A stretch of 64,000 bases of DNA, taken from NCBI RefSeq assembly GCF_028641065.1, contig NC_073377.1, positions 122,698,001 through 122,762,000 of the forward strand. The letters run 5' to 3'. This stretch comes from Leucoraja erinacea. Lineage: Eukaryota. This document shows, piece after piece, positions 61,791 to 64,000 of this stretch. Under the pieces are notes generated by a model that saw only the letters and a program-made list of their open reading frames with translations, ran no database searches and was not told the origin of the DNA. Position 1 is the first letter of the stretch, and every line of letters begins with the position of its first letter. The position numbers and the translations under genes were made by a program.

Positions 61791-62759
61791 CATCGTGAGA
61801 TTAAAGGGTTCTCTACAGAAAAGTAATGTCTAATATTAATGAATGGAAGAGATCTGTCCCTACAGTTATTAGTGTAGTCAGCTTCAAAGCCCAGCTCCAT
61901 TACAACATGAAACTACCCATTAGTAAAATTTGACAAACTTAAATAGATTGCCAATGAGAACACTGAAGGATAAATTATTTAATTGGATAAAAAGTGGAAA
62001 TATAACTAGAATATGTTTACACTGGCCTAAAAACTGCAAATGCTCTCTTTCTGTCCAATAATTTCATTACAAAACATTAAAATTGTTTATTACAAAGTTA
62101 GAACAACCAACAGTTTGTTATATTTAACTACTGTTCTTGGAAATAAATAAAAATCTCCAGGTTTTGACAATATAAAATTAAAGTAATAAAAGTCAGTATC
62201 TTTTTTAAATAAATTTTAAAATAAACTGGGCAATGACTGTCAAATTGATTGCACTCCTTCACAAGAATACTGAAAATGTTGAATGAATAAATTGCCACTA
62301 GAATGGAACAAACTATTTTTCAGATTGACAGCTAACCAAAAGCAAAAGGAAAAGGTTAGGAAAGAGTCAGTTTCACTACCAGCTTGGTTCAGCTGTCGTA
62401 ACGTCCTTTTGAATTACAGCTGTTTGCAGATATTTGATTGCCTCCCCCCCTCCCCTTTTCACAGTAGCATATTTTGAACACCAATTGATTAATCCCTACC
62501 CCCCCAAAAAAAACCCTGTACATATTCTGGTCAGGCAGCAACTGTGGTGAGCATAATTGAGTCAAAGTTTCAGCCGATGACCTTCCGACCTAAAACGTTA
62601 ACTCTGTTACCGTCTCCACAGATGTTACCCGATCTGCTGTGTATTTCCTGATTTTTTTTCCCTTTTTATTTCGGATTACCATTACCTCCCCTCTACGTAG
62701 TTACTTAACAATTTTAGGGACGGATGCACTTTAACACAACCATATTGCAAACCCACAAG

Positions 62760-63520
62760 GCGAGTGCACGCTAACGCAAATGTCCAGGGTGTCAGGCTCG
62801 GCACAAGCAGGCCGTCCGTCATTACCTGTTCCCTTGCAGCAGCCACAAACTTCGCCGATTTGCTCAATAAATACTGAGGTTGTTGCTTTCGGCTGCGTTA
62901 ACTGCCGCAAACGCCCTTTTTCCTTCCTGTATGATCAAGTCATGCCGCGCTGGGGAGGGGTAATTCCACCCGACGGCCGACTTTAAGACATGCCCCACGT
63001 CTGAGTCCAACCGCGCAGGCGAATGAGGCGGCTGAGCTGACTGGGTGGGTAGGGAGGAGGGCGGGCGCAGGCGCAGTCGCCGGCCGAAGGTGGAATGTGG
63101 TGACGTTGTGGAAGCTCGGACAGTTGGCGGCGGTTCCTTTGTTGTCGGTAACGGCGGCGGCGCGAGCGGGTGAAGAGGGAGCGCGCGAGATGAACGTGGA
63201 CCGGATCGAGCTGTGCGACAGTCTGCTGACATGGGTGAGTGGGTGACGCCCCGGCGGCAGCGGGTAATCCAGCCAAGAGGAGTGATCTTCACCGTGGTAG
63301 GGGCTCGGTACTCCTTGTAATCCGACCCCCACGGGTGACCGAGCTGGACCTTTGTGGTGAATGACACCCCCCTCCCCGCTACGAGTGCGGCGGAACAGCG
63401 ACTGCCCCGTGTGTGTGTGTTTGCGCCAGTCTTGAGTGTGCGAAGCCCATTTAACTGGAGCCGGTACTGTTGACAGTAGTCTTGGGCCCGAGTGGGCACC
63501 GGCTTTGCCGTTATGAGTTG
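62760..63520. promoter_or_regulatory. RNF170/HOOK3 bidirectional CpG-island promoter
   Basis: CpG island between divergent genes. GC box near 63059, NRF1-type GCGCAGGCGCA 63065-63075, TGACG near 63101. Confidence 0.7.
63190..63234 (+). CDS. HOOK3: HOOK-family protein, first coding exon (HOOK3 by synteny); gene continues beyond the window
   Basis: MNVDRIELCDSLLTW|gtgagt matches the Hook ELCxSLLTW motif. It is head-to-head with RNF170, as human HOOK3 is. Confidence 0.85.
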
Positions 63521-64000
63521 GGATGTGTCAGCTGACAGCACGCATGTACAACCTCCTTTGCTGTTGTTTAACGCAGTTTTGCGATCCATTGTTGTCACTC
63601 TTTCGTGGTAGGTTTTTGCTAAACTTATTCATATGTATTCACATTATCTTTTCCCCCTCATTTCCTTTTATTTATTCTTGCATTAGAATATACCGTATAA
63701 ATATAGAAGCTTATCATTCAGCCCAACTTTTGATATTAATACTTCATATGATCTTACATACCACTTTCAGAATATTCTCCTTTCATGCGCAGCAGCATTT
63801 CATCACTTCAAGGACAAGTAGGGGTGGGCATTCAGTGCATATGAGTTGTTCTCATTCACTGGTGGTGAATTTTTTAATCTACTTGACTGATTTCCTTTTG
63901 TAAGCTTTTAATTTATGCACCACAACCACTGGGGTTGTTTTAAATTTCATTGTCTAAGCAGTCTGAGAATGTTTTTTTCTTCTAGATTTTCTACTATATT

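Noticed and set aside
62864-63598. 244-aa minus-strand ORF
   Set aside because: Stop-poor CpG island antisense to HOOK3 exon 1, with no recognisable domain.

Overview
This is eukaryotic genomic DNA, about 64 kb and rich in repeats. The repeat families (Penelope pLTRs, V-SINE/HE1-like, CR1/HER1-like) suggest a cartilaginous fish, probably a skate or ray; that is an inference. Four protein-coding genes can be built by hand from splice sites. THAP1 (+, 3 exons, 202 aa) is followed by a spliced, 3-exon Jun-family bZIP gene (+, about 294 aa). RNF170 (-, 6 coding exons, 262 aa) and the first coding exon of HOOK3 (+) are head-to-head on a shared CpG island. Main findings: (1) an intron-containing Jun paralog inside the THAP1-RNF170-HOOK3 block, lacking the JNK docking and phospho-sites, and probably the fourth 2R Jun ohnolog lost from mammals; (2) a 138-bp TSD-flanked retroelement whose first base is G1 of a compact HDV-like ribozyme fold, with a Vingi-type tail; (3) many hammerhead-like motifs in Penelope pLTRs; (4) a 1.76-kb foldback element with a 9-bp TSD; (5) non-autonomous Helitrons, a full-length decayed Tc1, a HERO-type RLE LINE and several long inverted repeats. 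There is an assembly gap at 56056-56571. No rRNA, tRNA or CRISPR was seen. Family assignments come from motif recognition only; no database search was run.
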